IMG/VR virus record: IMGVR_UViG_3300020379_000218
Coordinates: 1 to 64,000 of that record
Length of the DNA: 64,000 bases
From: a virus
Taxonomy: Duplodnaviria; Caudoviricetes
Direction: 5' to 3' (one strand)
The notes below the pieces were generated by a model, which was given only the letters and a program-made list of their open reading frames with translations, made no database searches and was not told the DNA's origin. The position numbers and the translations under genes are program-made. Shown here one piece after another: positions 28,696 through 39,657 of the stretch (the stretch's first letter is position 1; every line of letters begins with the position of its first letter).

Positions 28696-28926
28696 ATGGC
28701 TATAAAGATAAATGGTAAAGAGTATGATGAAGAGAAGTTTGACGATAGAACTAAAAATTATGTTATCGCTAGACAAGAGTTAGTACAAAACAAAGCTAGA
28801 GTAGAGATTGAACTTGAAAAAATTGATGTGCTTGTTAGGTATTACAATGCTAAGATTTGCGAATTTCTAGGTATTGACCCCAACGCTCCGAAAGAAACTC
28901 AACCAGAAGAACCGAAAAAAGAATAG
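28696..28926 (+). CDS. Small coiled-coil hypothetical protein
   Basis: 76-aa ORF with strong RBS. Confidence 0.75.
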   Translation: MAIKINGKEYDEEKFDDRTKNYVIARQELVQNKARVEIELEKIDVLVRYYNAKICEFLGIDPNAPKETQPEEPKKE

Positions 28927-28930
28927 ATAA

Positions 28931-29272
28931 ATGGCTGCGATAGCAAATTTAAGACTAGACCAAGGAACTACATTTTCCTCAAATATAACACTTGCAGGAA
29001 ATGATGGAGCTGCTTGGGACTTGACTGGTCATACCGTTGCTGCTAAAATGGCAAAAGGATATGAGAGTACAAAGACTAGGATAACTATGACAACTGCTGT
29101 CGCTAACCCGACTACAGGCATTATTACACTATCATTGACTTCAGCTCAGACAAGCGCCCTGGATGCGCCTGCGAGATATGTTTATGATGTAGAGGTTACT
29201 AATACTACTTCAGGAGTGGTTACGAGAGTAATTGAAGGTATTATAACCGTGCGTCCTAATGTGACCATTTAA
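28931..29272 (+). CDS. Virion structural protein (BppU-N-like Ig fold)
   Basis: ANLRLDQGTTFS...GIITLSLTSAQT..L...RYVYDVE...RVIEGIITVRP, common in T4-like tail modules. Confidence 0.75.
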   Translation: MAAIANLRLDQGTTFSSNITLAGNDGAAWDLTGHTVAAKMAKGYESTKTRITMTTAVANPTTGIITLSLTSAQTSALDAPARYVYDVEVTNTTSGVVTRVIEGIITVRPNVTI

Positions 29273-29310
29273 ATATTCTAAATACTATTAGTTTTTGAAT
29301 ACCCTTCGGT

Positions 29311-29318
29311 TATAAATA
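29311..29318 (+). promoter_or_regulatory. T4-type late promoter
   Basis: TATAAATA, intergenic. Confidence 0.8.
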
Positions 29319-29341
29319 TTAACAATTAAGGGAGACTAAAA

Positions 29342-29599
29342 GTGTCGCAAATAAAAGCAAGAATAGATTCTACAATAAGCAGACCGCAACAAGTATCGGT
29401 CACTATGCCTGCTGGTGCAGCCTCACAAACTGCTGTTACCAATTCAACTTTGAAATTAAGACTTCTACAAGATGTTGACGCTAGTACCTTAGCAGACGGT
29501 AGTATGATTCAGTATTCTGCAACAAGTGATAAATTTGTTGTAAGAGACGAGATAACAACTACAACTGGTTCAATAACACTAAATGGTGGTTCATTTTAA
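29342..29599 (+). CDS. Small fibre-associated structural protein
   Basis: GTG start with GGGAG RBS; LQDVDA..LADGSMIQY repeat; ends LNGGSF like the next gene (IDGGSF). Confidence 0.7.
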   Translation: MSQIKARIDSTISRPQQVSVTMPAGAASQTAVTNSTLKLRLLQDVDASTLADGSMIQYSATSDKFVVRDEITTTTGSITLNGGSF

Positions 29600-29624
29600 G
29601 GAAGTAAAAAGAGAGAGTTAAGAT

Positions 29625-31361
29625 ATGGCAACAATAATTAGAATAAAACGAAGTGCTAACACTTCTGCTCCAAGTACTCTAAAACTCGGAGAATTAGCGT
29701 TAACCTACGGTACTGGTACTGCAGGAAATAACGGAGATAGATTATTCATAGGTACAGGTGGTGTAGATACAAATGGTGACGCAAACGATATTGATGTAAT
29801 TGGTGGTAAGTATTTCACAAGTTTATTTCCATCTACAAACGGTGTTATTACCGCTGAAAAATTAATAACAACAGATTCAAACAAAAGAATTGACGAGATT
29901 ATAGTTGGTAACGAAACAACTAACTCTGGTCGTATAACTTTTAATGAAGCTACAAACAACGGTTCAAACAATGTTGTTTTAAAAGCTCCATTATCATTAA
30001 CAAATTCATCAACACTATTATTACCTGATGGTGCTGGTTCACAAGGACAATTTCTAAAAGTAATATCTGCTTCTGGTACTGAAGCTCAATTAGGATTTGA
30101 CGCTGTTGATACCACACTAACAATTGAAGATAGTGCTGGTGCAACAACAGATTACTCAACTAACTCTACTCTATTACTTACAGGTGATGGAACGATTGAT
30201 ACTGCGGTTACTAATAATACGGTAACTATTAAAGTACAAGACGGTGGAGTTGGAACAACACAACTTGCTGCTAATGCGGTAACAAATGCTAAACTTGCAA
30301 ATGACGGTGTAACCTTAGGTTCTACTGCACTAACTCTCGGTGGTACTACAACTGACCTTGCAGGATTAACAAATGTTGTTGTTGACCATTTAACAATTGA
30401 TGGACAAGATATTGCCACATCAGCTGCGAACAGAAATATTACTTTAACACCACACGGAACTGGAACGGTTACCGTACCTAGTGGATATAAAGATAGAGCT
30501 GGTTTCGCTTCTGACTCACTTGCAACAAAAGAATATGTTGATAGTGCTTCAAGTGGTTTAGATGTAAAAGATAGTTGTAGAGTTGCTACTACAGCAAACT
30601 TATCTGCTACATATGACCAATCAAATGGTAGACTAGACAATTCAGGAACTCAAGCCGCACTAACTATTGACGGTATTGCATTATCACAAAACGATAGAGT
30701 ACTTGTTAAAGACCAAACAGAAGCTAGACAAAACGGTATCTACATTGTAGAAATCGTTGGTACTAACTCTACTAATTGGAGATTAACAAGAAGTGATGAC
30801 GCAAATATCGGTACAGATATAACTGGTGGTACATTTACTTTCGTAGAAGAAGGTACTGCTAATAGTGATAACGGTTATGTGTTCACACACAATGGTACAC
30901 CTACAATAACAGATAGTACACTTTCTAACAATACTGAAATGCCAGTATCACAATTCTCTGGTGCAGGACAAGTAGTTGCTGGTGCAGCTATGGTAAAAGC
31001 AGGAAATACTTTAGATGTTAATGTAGACAATACTTCAATCGCTGTAATATCAGACGCTTTATCTATTAAAGCAGGTGGGGTTACAAATGCTATGTTAGCA
31101 GGAAGTATTGCAAATTCTAAACTTGCGGATCCAAATATCTCACTTGCTGGTGAGAGTGGAACCGGTTCAGTTGGATTAGGTGGTACATTAACTATTTCTG
31201 CAGGAGAAGGAATTGATACTTCTGCTTCAGGTACTGCAATCACAATCGCTGGTGAAGACGCAAGTACAACGAATAAAGGAGTTGCTTCTTTTAGTACTGA
31301 TAACTTTACGGTAACAAGTGGTGCCGTTGAGGTTACTACTATTGACGGTGGGTCGTTCTAA
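29625..31361 (+). CDS. Fibre protein
   Basis: MATIIRIKRS..P..LKLGELA N-terminus; GLDVKDSCRVATTAN...IDGIALSQNDRVLVKDQ..QNGIY module. Confidence 0.8.
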   Translation: MATIIRIKRSANTSAPSTLKLGELALTYGTGTAGNNGDRLFIGTGGVDTNGDANDIDVIGGKYFTSLFPSTNGVITAEKLITTDSNKRIDEIIVGNETTNSGRITFNEATNNGSNNVVLKAPLSLTNSSTLLLPDGAGSQGQFLKVISASGTEAQLGFDAVDTTLTIEDSAGATTDYSTNSTLLLTGDGTIDTAVTNNTVTIKVQDGGVGTTQLAANAVTNAKLANDGVTLGSTALTLGGTTTDLAGLTNVVVDHLTIDGQDIATSAANRNITLTPHGTGTVTVPSGYKDRAGFASDSLATKEYVDSASSGLDVKDSCRVATTANLSATYDQSNGRLDNSGTQAALTIDGIALSQNDRVLVKDQTEARQNGIYIVEIVGTNSTNWRLTRSDDANIGTDITGGTFTFVEEGTANSDNGYVFTHNGTPTITDSTLSNNTEMPVSQFSGAGQVVAGAAMVKAGNTLDVNVDNTSIAVISDALSIKAGGVTNAMLAGSIANSKLADPNISLAGESGTGSVGLGGTLTISAGEGIDTSASGTAITIAGEDASTTNKGVASFSTDNFTVTSGAVEVTTIDGGSF

Positions 31362-31744
31362 TGGCTGATACCGTAATAAAACCAAAAAGAAGTTTCACAG
31401 CTGCTGCTGTTCCTCAATTATCTGATTTAGAAATTGGTGAATTAGCAATGAACATTGCTGACGGTAAGTTTTACACGAAGCAAAATGCGAACACTATTAG
31501 AGAAGTTGGTGGTGCAAGTGCTGTTAATATTCAATCAGTATTAAATGCTGGTGCTATTACAACAACTGACTTAACTTTTAATAACGCAAATATAGTATTT
31601 GAAGGCGCTACACCAGACGCCTACGAAACAACATTAACGGTAGAAGACCCGACTGCTGATAGAACGGTTAAACTACCAAATTCTAGTGGAACATTAGCAT
31701 TGACAGGAGATATTCTTGCCTTTGCTGTTGTATTTGGAGGATAA
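31361..31744 (+). CDS. Short fibre-like structural protein
   Basis: IKPKRS...P..LEIGELAMN.ADGK; FEGATPDAYETTL module shared with 16953-18254. Confidence 0.75.
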   Translation: MADTVIKPKRSFTAAAVPQLSDLEIGELAMNIADGKFYTKQNANTIREVGGASAVNIQSVLNAGAITTTDLTFNNANIVFEGATPDAYETTLTVEDPTADRTVKLPNSSGTLALTGDILAFAVVFGG

Positions 31745-31747
31745 TAA

Positions 31748-32077
31748 ATGGCTAGTGCTTTTAAAAACGCAGGACAAACTAACTCACAAGTTGATGATTC
31801 AACTGCAAATGTTTATACAGCGCCATCTAATGGTACTGCTGTATTACACGCTGTTTATATCTCAAACACTTCAACTGATACACAAGCAGAAGTAGATGTA
31901 AAGGTTACGGTTGATGGTGGTACTACTTTCAAAACAATGATGAGTAATATTATTATTCCACAGAATAACACTTTTATATTAGATAAGCCTGTAAATTTAG
32001 AGGCAAATGACATTATAAGAGTGATTGCTTCTCACGGAAATACTGATACATTTATTTCGGTATTAGAGAATACATAA
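31748..32077 (+). CDS. Hypothetical structural protein
   Basis: MASAFKNAG...VYTAP...LDKPVNLEANDII..ISVLE; GGAGG RBS. Confidence 0.75.
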   Translation: MASAFKNAGQTNSQVDDSTANVYTAPSNGTAVLHAVYISNTSTDTQAEVDVKVTVDGGTTFKTMMSNIIIPQNNTFILDKPVNLEANDIIRVIASHGNTDTFISVLENT

Positions 32078-32089
32078 GATTAAAATAGT

Positions 32090-32097
32090 TATAAATA
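32090..32097 (+). promoter_or_regulatory. T4-type late promoter
   Basis: TATAAATA, intergenic. Confidence 0.8.
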
Positions 32098-32122
32098 TAA
32101 GAAAACGAAGAGGAAGAATTAG

Positions 32123-32620
32123 ATGGCATTAGCATTACCAACAGGAGCTTCACAAGCAGTTGCCGTAGACGCAGCTGGTTTCCAAATCTCTAACGAATAT
32201 GCTATGCACGCCCTTAACCGTGATGTTAATGGTCTTTTGATATACACAAAGACCAAATTAGATAGTAATGAGGAAGTGATTGTTAACAGCGGAGAAGGTT
32301 TTGGATTTAATGGGTTTGAAGGACTTGCAATCGGTAAGGCAAGTGATGGAACAACCGTTCAGAATACACTACAAAGTGATTTTGACGAGAATACAGACGC
32401 TCATTACCAAACTAACGCAAAGTTTAGAAAGTATCAACAGACAAGATTTGATCCGTTGAAACTTTTTTACTTTTTAAATGATGAAGGTAATCTTGTGGCA
32501 AGGTATCAACAAGATTATACTTACGCCGCTAGTGAGACAGCAACTTCTACAACTGGAAGCAACTGGATCCCAAGTGGTGGAAACTATTATACCGCTAGTA
32601 ATGTTAACAGGTACTTGTAA
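32123..32620 (+). CDS. Hypothetical virion-associated protein
   Basis: 165 aa; HALNRDVNGLLIY...YQQTRFD..LFYFLNDEGNLVARY. Confidence 0.75.
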   Translation: MALALPTGASQAVAVDAAGFQISNEYAMHALNRDVNGLLIYTKTKLDSNEEVIVNSGEGFGFNGFEGLAIGKASDGTTVQNTLQSDFDENTDAHYQTNAKFRKYQQTRFDPLKLFYFLNDEGNLVARYQQDYTYAASETATSTTGSNWIPSGGNYYTASNVNRYL

Positions 32621-32643
32621 AAATTAAATAGAGAGAGATAAAA

Positions 32644-35600
32644 ATGGCAGATTTTATTTTAGGAAGACTTAAATTTCACTTTAAAGGAGATTGGGTTACA
32701 GGAACGGCATATATTAAAGATGATGTCGTAAGATACGGAGGAAATAGCTTCGTAGCGATGGCGAACCATACAGGTTCAGCTGCGTTTGAAACAGATTTAA
32801 CAGCAACCAAATGGAAAAAGATGGTTGCAGGACAAGAATGGAAAGGCGCTTGGCAAGCAACTACAGCTTATAAAGTTGATGATGTTGTACAATGGGGAGG
32901 TTCTACTTTCGTATGTAATGAAGCGCACACTTCACAATCAGATTTATATGACGACACTAGTAAATGGACTTCTTTTGTTCCAGGATTTAACTGGACAGGA
33001 ACTTATACTGCTTCAACAGCATATAAAGTAAACGACTTAGCGAAATACGGTGCAAATGTTTATATTTGTTCAGTTGAACATACTGCCGCTTCAACAATAG
33101 ATACAACTAAATTTTCACTATTCGTTTCTGGATTAGAATTTGAAGATTCATACAACTCTGGTACTGCCTACCAAGCTGGTGATGTTGTAACCTACGGAGG
33201 TTATAACTATGTCGCAATTCAACAATCTACAGGTCAATCACCTTATAACAATGCAACATACTGGGAAGTACTTACAACTGGATTTAAAATGGTTGGTACT
33301 TATGCCGGTGCAACTGCTTATAAAACTGGTGATGTAGTTAGATATGGTGGTCATACATATGTTGCAAAAACAGACGCAACTGGTATTGTACCAACAACAA
33401 CTGCAACTTGGGATTTATTAAACGAAGGATTTAACTGGAGAGATAGTTGGGCAGACGCAACTGCTTATGCTCCTGGTGACGCAATCGGTTATGGTTCATC
33501 TTCTTACAGATGTAAACTTGCTCACACTTCTTCTGCTGTACAAGGTGACGCAAAAAGACCTGACTATGATACAGGCGGAGTTTACTGGGATTTAGTTGCT
33601 GAAGGTGATTCAAACTTTGTTACCACTAGTAGAGGTGACTTATTAACTAGAAACGCTACACAAAATATTAGACTACCAATTGGTACAGCTGGTTCAGTTG
33701 TACAATCAGACGGAACAGATGTTAGTTGGGGAATACCTGGGGTTACAACAAATGTATTCTTTGTTGCTAAACACGGTGCTGACAACGATCCATCTACTGA
33801 TACAGGTAGAGGTACTTCACTAGACAAACCTTGGTTAACACTTGCATACGCAATGGCTTGGATTAATTCAAATGTTGCTGCTAGTGCTTACAAAACGGTT
33901 TATGTAAAAACTGGAACTTACGAAGAGGCATTGCCTATCGTTCTTTCTGCTAATACACAATTAGTTGGAGACGGAGTAAGAAGTACAAGAATTACACCTG
34001 CTTCTGGAAATTCAGTAGTTGCAGGATTAACAAACACACCAAACAATCGTGCTGATATGTTTAGAGTACATAACGGTACAACGGTTACTGGTTTCACATT
34101 TAGTGGAATGGTTGGAACTATGGGAAGTGCTGACTCATATGGAGTTGCAAGACCTAATACTTCTGACGGTGCAACACGAAGTGGTGTTGTATTTGCATTA
34201 GACCCAGGAACTGGAGTTGGTGATACAACTACACACATTACAACTAAATCACCATTTATTCAGAATTGTACACACTTTGGTACAGGTTCTGTTGGTATTA
34301 AAATTGACGGTGCATTACACAACTCTGGAAACAGAAGTATACTTGCAAACGACTTTACACAGGTAACTTCTGGAGGTGTTGGAGTATGGGCACTTGCAAA
34401 TGCAAAATCAGAATTAGTATCTGTATTTACATATTACGCACATCACGGTTACTTATGTGATAGTGGTGCTGTTATGAGAAGTTTGAACTCAAACAACTCT
34501 TACGGTGAATACGGTTCAACAGCTGCTGGTATTGACGCAAACGAAACGCCATATACTGGTAATGTAGATTTAAGAGATAACGAAGCTCAAGTAGGAAGAG
34601 TATTAGTATCTGGTTCAGGTATCGGAAGATTAGAATTACAATATGCAGGACAATCATATTCTTCTGCTTCAATTGCAATTGCCGGTTCTGGTGCTTCAGG
34701 AACTGCGTCTGCTTCTTTTAGTGATGGCGCTGTAAACTTTATTAAAGTTAACACAACAGGTTCTACACACTTTACTACAACAGGATTTGCACAATCAGGA
34801 ACTGCAAGTACAATTAAACTTGCTGCTTCTGACTCACAACCTGATGACTTCTACAATGGTATGAGAATTACGGTTTACACAGGAACTGGTTATGGTAACA
34901 CAGGTGTTATCGCTGACTATGTTGCTTCTACAAAAACTTGTACGGTACAAAAAGAAAATGGTACTGCAGGATTTGATGTATTTGTAAACTCTGGATTATC
35001 AGCTGCAACATCTTTTGATACAACAACAGGTTACGAAATTGAACCTAGAGTTGCTTTAAGTGGTGGTGGTTCTCCTAGTAGAAACGCACTCGCAAGAGCA
35101 GTTGTAGAAAATCAACAAGTTTCAAAAATTCTTATATTAGACGGTGGTGCTGGTTATTCTTCTGCACCAACGGTAACAATTACAGACCCTAACGCAAGTA
35201 CGGTTGCTACTGCAACTTCACATATTGCTGACGGTGTAATATCACAAACAACAATAACAAGTGCTGGTTCTGGATACAAAACAGAAACTTCAACTGCTAC
35301 TATCACTGGTAACGGTTTTGCTGAAATTCAAAGTGAAGGTACTGCCTTTGTAAGATTAACAGGATTATCTAAATCGCCAACAGGTGGTGACATTGTTGAA
35401 TTTGCTGGAATAACAAACCAAGCATATTATGTTGTTGGTGTAACCGGTTATTCAAGTGGTGCTGGTTTAGTTAGAGTAAATCCTAAATTTACAACTTCTA
35501 ATCAACCAACTCACGCTGAAACTGCAACTTTAAGAAGTAATTACTCAAACATTAGATTGACTGGACACGACTTCTTGGATGTAGGTACTGGTGATTTTAC

Positions 35601-36360
35601 AACAACAAATTATCCTAACACACCAACTCAAGCGCCTGACGCAAATGATGAAATCTTTGAAGCAGATAGAGGAAGAGTATTCTACTCATCTACTGACCAA
35701 GACGGTAACTTTAGAGTTGGTAACTTGTTTAGAATTGAACAGGCAACTGGTAAAGCAACATTGAATGCTGAAGCATTTGACCTTTCAGGATTACAAGAAT
35801 TGAGTTTAGGCTCAAACGCACAAGGTAATTTCGGTGCTACAATTAATGAATTTAGTACTGACGGAACATTAGCAGATAATTCTGATAGTGCTCTAGTTAC
35901 CGAAAGAGCGATTAAGACTTATGTAGATGGTCAACTTGGTGGAGGACAGAATGATTTATCAGTTAACTCATTAACTGCTGGTTCAATTACTGCTTCTGGC
36001 ACAGCGATTTCTACAACAGGTGTTGCGGGAAGTGATGTAAACTTATCTATTGGAACACAAAACAATGGTATAATTTCATTTACTTCACAAACACAAACAG
36101 CAATCACTCCGACTGCGAATAATGATATAGTTAATAAATCTTATGTTGACGCACAAGGAACACCAACTTTACAAACACTTTCAATTGATGATGACACATT
36201 AGACTTGAAGAGAAGAGTTATCACAAACGCTAATGAGTTAATACAGAAAGAAAGTGCTTACTTTGATGGTACGGATGCTACTGAAGGATTTGAATTTATC
36301 AACGGAACAATGCAAATTAACATTGATAAATCTGGAGACTTGGTAATAGAAACAACATAA
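32644..36360 (+). CDS. Long tail fibre/tailspike: ~7 CBM5/12-like repeats plus pectin-lyase-like beta-helix
   Basis: Repeats G.W...TAY..DDVV.YGG..YV; FVAKHGADND...GTSLDKPWLTL...VYVKTGTYEE. Confidence 0.82.
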   Translation: MADFILGRLKFHFKGDWVTGTAYIKDDVVRYGGNSFVAMANHTGSAAFETDLTATKWKKMVAGQEWKGAWQATTAYKVDDVVQWGGSTFVCNEAHTSQSDLYDDTSKWTSFVPGFNWTGTYTASTAYKVNDLAKYGANVYICSVEHTAASTIDTTKFSLFVSGLEFEDSYNSGTAYQAGDVVTYGGYNYVAIQQSTGQSPYNNATYWEVLTTGFKMVGTYAGATAYKTGDVVRYGGHTYVAKTDATGIVPTTTATWDLLNEGFNWRDSWADATAYAPGDAIGYGSSSYRCKLAHTSSAVQGDAKRPDYDTGGVYWDLVAEGDSNFVTTSRGDLLTRNATQNIRLPIGTAGSVVQSDGTDVSWGIPGVTTNVFFVAKHGADNDPSTDTGRGTSLDKPWLTLAYAMAWINSNVAASAYKTVYVKTGTYEEALPIVLSANTQLVGDGVRSTRITPASGNSVVAGLTNTPNNRADMFRVHNGTTVTGFTFSGMVGTMGSADSYGVARPNTSDGATRSGVVFALDPGTGVGDTTTHITTKSPFIQNCTHFGTGSVGIKIDGALHNSGNRSILANDFTQVTSGGVGVWALANAKSELVSVFTYYAHHGYLCDSGAVMRSLNSNNSYGEYGSTAAGIDANETPYTGNVDLRDNEAQVGRVLVSGSGIGRLELQYAGQSYSSASIAIAGSGASGTASASFSDGAVNFIKVNTTGSTHFTTTGFAQSGTASTIKLAASDSQPDDFYNGMRITVYTGTGYGNTGVIADYVASTKTCTVQKENGTAGFDVFVNSGLSAATSFDTTTGYEIEPRVALSGGGSPSRNALARAVVENQQVSKILILDGGAGYSSAPTVTITDPNASTVATATSHIADGVISQTTITSAGSGYKTETSTATITGNGFAEIQSEGTAFVRLTGLSKSPTGGDIVEFAGITNQAYYVVGVTGYSSGAGLVRVNPKFTTSNQPTHAETATLRSNYSNIRLTGHDFLDVGTGDFTTTNYPNTPTQAPDANDEIFEADRGRVFYSSTDQDGNFRVGNLFRIEQATGKATLNAEAFDLSGLQELSLGSNAQGNFGATINEFSTDGTLADNSDSALVTERAIKTYVDGQLGGGQNDLSVNSLTAGSITASGTAISTTGVAGSDVNLSIGTQNNGIISFTSQTQTAITPTANNDIVNKSYVDAQGTPTLQTLSIDDDTLDLKRRVITNANELIQKESAYFDGTDATEGFEFINGTMQINIDKSGDLVIETT

Positions 36361-36387
36361 ATAATAGTTAAATAGGAAGATATAAAA

Positions 36388-39300
36388 ATGGCAACAACAA
36401 AAACTAGAATTGGTAATCTGTTCTTCAATTATCAAGGTGAATATTCTGCTACGAAGACTTATCATAAAGATGATGTTGTATTATACAACAATTCTGATTT
36501 TATCTGCGTAAAAAATTCATCTACGACAGGACAAGCACCTGACACAGGAACAGAAGCTCAACAAAAAAGATATGTAAGGGTAACTATTGCTACATCAGCA
36601 AGTACTGGTGGCAATGCCTTTAAATGGGACGGCGAAGCAGCTTGGCCTGCTACAGAAGTACAATACAAAATTGGTGATACTTTAGTATTATACCAAGACG
36701 GTAATGACTTTGATGATAACTCAATAGCATTTTCAACTTCGTCTACTTCAAAAGAAAACAATTTATACCACACAGATGTAACCTATATGTTAGACGGTAA
36801 ATCTGTTGGTGGTGGAACTGCAAGTGGTGAATACTTTAACTCTGGTACATTTAACAATGCTGCTAAAAGAGAAATAAGAATAGAAATTACTGCTGAAACA
36901 CCAAAAGAATTATACATTTTTAATTATCAAAATCCTTCTGCTACTTGGGGACCTAAATTAGTTGTTGCCGAGAACCAAGTATGGAAAGAAATTAGACAAT
37001 CATTTAAATGGAGAGGTGACCACGACAATACAAACGCAAGTGGTTCATATTTAACTTATCAACCAAATGATGTTGTAAGAATAAATGTACCTGTTGATAA
37101 TGACTTTTCAACAAACAATCAGTATTCTGGAAACCAAATACAAAAAATCAGAGCAACTTACATATGTTTAAAAACACATACTTGTGATGGTACTGACAAA
37201 TATTTACCTTGGGACCAAGATACAGATACAGACGAAAACAAATGGTGGGAAAGAATTTCAGAAGAACATCAATTTGATGAAGAAACAATAACAGATAGTG
37301 GTTCTGTTGTTTCTATCAATAACATTTCTGCTGCTTCTCCTGCAAGACAACAAGGATTTTATCCTTTCGTAAATACTAAAAACATAACTGCCGCTGCTGA
37401 AAACTCAAATGCTGGTAGAACTGGTGGATATAACCCACCTATGGTTAATGTAACCGTTGAAGGTTACCAATCTGTTAAATCAGTTGGAAACTTCTCTACT
37501 GCACATTACAAAAGAAAACCTGGTGTTTACAGAAACTTAACTCAATCTTCAACTTCAGGTGCTGGTTCAAACGCAAACTTTGATATTGAAGTAGACAACA
37601 ATGGTAAAGTAATTAGAGTAGAGGTTACGAAAAAATCACTTGGTGGTCAAATGGGTGGTTTAGGATACGCACAAAACGAAACGATTACAATAGGTGACTC
37701 ACTTCTAGGAAGTGGTGGTGCACCTGACTTTACTTTTGATGTATTAACAATTGGTACTTGGGGTGCTCTTAATATAGAAATCGCTAGAGACCAAAAAAGA
37801 GGAATGCAAAACGCACAATGGGAAAACAATGACGAAGCTGAAATGCTTGGTGGTGAGAACAATGCTGCTTCTGACCAACTAGGTATTGACGGACAAGTAT
37901 TCTATTCTTCTGCGAATGTAACCTTTGATGTTGTATCTACACAAAAGAAAGCAAGAGGTTATCAAAACTTCTATAGTGGAAACAGATTAGAATGTATGGC
38001 ATTATGTAATGAAAACGGACCTATCGGAGATGACCATCCGTTATACAGATTGCCTGGACAATTCCAACAAGCACAATGTGTTAACTGGCCGTGTTTTATT
38101 AATGGTCGTGGCGGAATTACAAGTTGGGGTTCAAACTCTAACGGTCAAAACGGACAAGACCAAGGTTCAATTTTAACTGGAGTTGGAATGGTATTTCCAT
38201 TCCTAGATTGGTACAGAAGTACAGACAATGGTGGTTCTGGAATTCACACTACTCCTGATGGAGAAGTACCAAAAGCAATTCAACTATTATCTGGATACGA
38301 AGTTGGTATGGCACTATTTAATAATGGTGAAGTATACCATTGGGGTTACGGAGGTCACGGACAAAATGGTGACGCTGCTACTTCAAACAGAGGATATCCA
38401 GTAAGATGTGGTGGAACATACCAAGAAATTTATCTTGCTGCTAATACTTCTACACACACTTTTAAAGATACTAGAATTAAAAGAATTTACATAACTAATT
38501 GGGGCGGAGACAATAACACAAGTACACATAGTTGTTATGCGTTAGATACTGACGGCGAACTATGGGCTTGGGGTTACAATGGTTACGGTCAATTAGGACA
38601 AAATAATACTTCTGATTTAAGTAGACCAACAAAAATTAATAAGACAGCTTACTTTAATGGTAATAAGATTGACGCTTTCTGGACTGCTGGTGCAGGATAC
38701 GCTTTCTGTTATGCTTTAGATGTAACCGGAAAACTTTATAGTTGGGGTTACAATGGATATGGTCAGTTAGGACAAACTAATACAACTAACTTATCAGTAC
38801 CTACAGAAGTTCCAGGTATCACTTGGGATAACGGTGCTTCAAATCCAGGTAAGATTAAAAAACTATTAGTAGACTCGCAACAATCATATGGAAGAACAGC
38901 AATCTTAACTGAAAAAGGTAAGATATACTGGTGTGGAAGAAATGAATACGGTTGGGCGATGATGGGTAATACTTCAGATGTAAGCACATTTACAATTATG
39001 TCTAATGGTCCAGGTTCTGGAACATATTCTGATTGTCAAAATATGTGGTTTACAGGAAACGGCAGATATGCAAGTTTCTGGACTAAAGATAGTATTGGTG
39101 ACATCAAGTGCTGTGGTTACAATGGTAACTATGAACTTGGTATTGGTAACTCAACTAACCAAACTGCTGCTGTATCACCTAAATGGCAAATTAACGGAAC
39201 AACAACTTCTGACTTACATAATATTAAAGACATAGGTTGTAATTCTGAATATGGTAACCAATGGATGTGTAATGTATGGGTATTAACATATGACGGATTT

Positions 39301-39621
39301 ATGTTTAATACAGGAAGAAACAACTACGGTTTAGGCGCTCAAGGTTGGTCTTCAAGTTATAATGATAGACAATCATCTAATGGTATTGAAGAAACAGATG
39401 ATTACTATTTCCAAATGCAAAGAATGCCTAATTACGCACACGGAAGAGTAGAAGATGTAAGAGGAAGAGGTTACTACTCTACAGACGGTAATAGATACCA
39501 CTTTAGAGAAATTAGAACTTTTGACAACAGATACCTAATGTGGGGTTACGGTGGAGACTATATGCAAGGTCAGAATGACTCAAACTATGTTTCTATGCCA
39601 CAACCCGCTGTGTTAGGATAG
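36388..39621 (+). CDS. RCC1/BLIP-II-like beta-propeller fibre/RBP 1
   Basis: Repeated LWAWGYNGYGQLG; N-terminal YQGEY..TYHKDDVV; CATAAATA variant promoter at 36356. Confidence 0.82.
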   Translation: MATTKTRIGNLFFNYQGEYSATKTYHKDDVVLYNNSDFICVKNSSTTGQAPDTGTEAQQKRYVRVTIATSASTGGNAFKWDGEAAWPATEVQYKIGDTLVLYQDGNDFDDNSIAFSTSSTSKENNLYHTDVTYMLDGKSVGGGTASGEYFNSGTFNNAAKREIRIEITAETPKELYIFNYQNPSATWGPKLVVAENQVWKEIRQSFKWRGDHDNTNASGSYLTYQPNDVVRINVPVDNDFSTNNQYSGNQIQKIRATYICLKTHTCDGTDKYLPWDQDTDTDENKWWERISEEHQFDEETITDSGSVVSINNISAASPARQQGFYPFVNTKNITAAAENSNAGRTGGYNPPMVNVTVEGYQSVKSVGNFSTAHYKRKPGVYRNLTQSSTSGAGSNANFDIEVDNNGKVIRVEVTKKSLGGQMGGLGYAQNETITIGDSLLGSGGAPDFTFDVLTIGTWGALNIEIARDQKRGMQNAQWENNDEAEMLGGENNAASDQLGIDGQVFYSSANVTFDVVSTQKKARGYQNFYSGNRLECMALCNENGPIGDDHPLYRLPGQFQQAQCVNWPCFINGRGGITSWGSNSNGQNGQDQGSILTGVGMVFPFLDWYRSTDNGGSGIHTTPDGEVPKAIQLLSGYEVGMALFNNGEVYHWGYGGHGQNGDAATSNRGYPVRCGGTYQEIYLAANTSTHTFKDTRIKRIYITNWGGDNNTSTHSCYALDTDGELWAWGYNGYGQLGQNNTSDLSRPTKINKTAYFNGNKIDAFWTAGAGYAFCYALDVTGKLYSWGYNGYGQLGQTNTTNLSVPTEVPGITWDNGASNPGKIKKLLVDSQQSYGRTAILTEKGKIYWCGRNEYGWAMMGNTSDVSTFTIMSNGPGSGTYSDCQNMWFTGNGRYASFWTKDSIGDIKCCGYNGNYELGIGNSTNQTAAVSPKWQINGTTTSDLHNIKDIGCNSEYGNQWMCNVWVLTYDGFMFNTGRNNYGLGAQGWSSSYNDRQSSNGIEETDDYYFQMQRMPNYAHGRVEDVRGRGYYSTDGNRYHFREIRTFDNRYLMWGYGGDYMQGQNDSNYVSMPQPAVLG

Positions 39622-39629
39622 TATAAATA
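39622..39629 (+). promoter_or_regulatory. T4-type late promoter
   Basis: TATAAATA, intergenic. Confidence 0.8.
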
Positions 39630-39657
39630 TAAAGAACAATTAAGATAGGAAATAAAA

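Noticed and set aside
29625-31744. Diversity-generating retroelement, suggested by Mtd-like fibre N-termini
   Set aside because: No reverse transcriptase and no template/variable repeat pair seen in the window.
32644-33600. Periodic repeats as a CRISPR-like or other DNA repeat array
   Set aside because: Repeats are protein-level, divergent at DNA level and in frame within a fibre gene.
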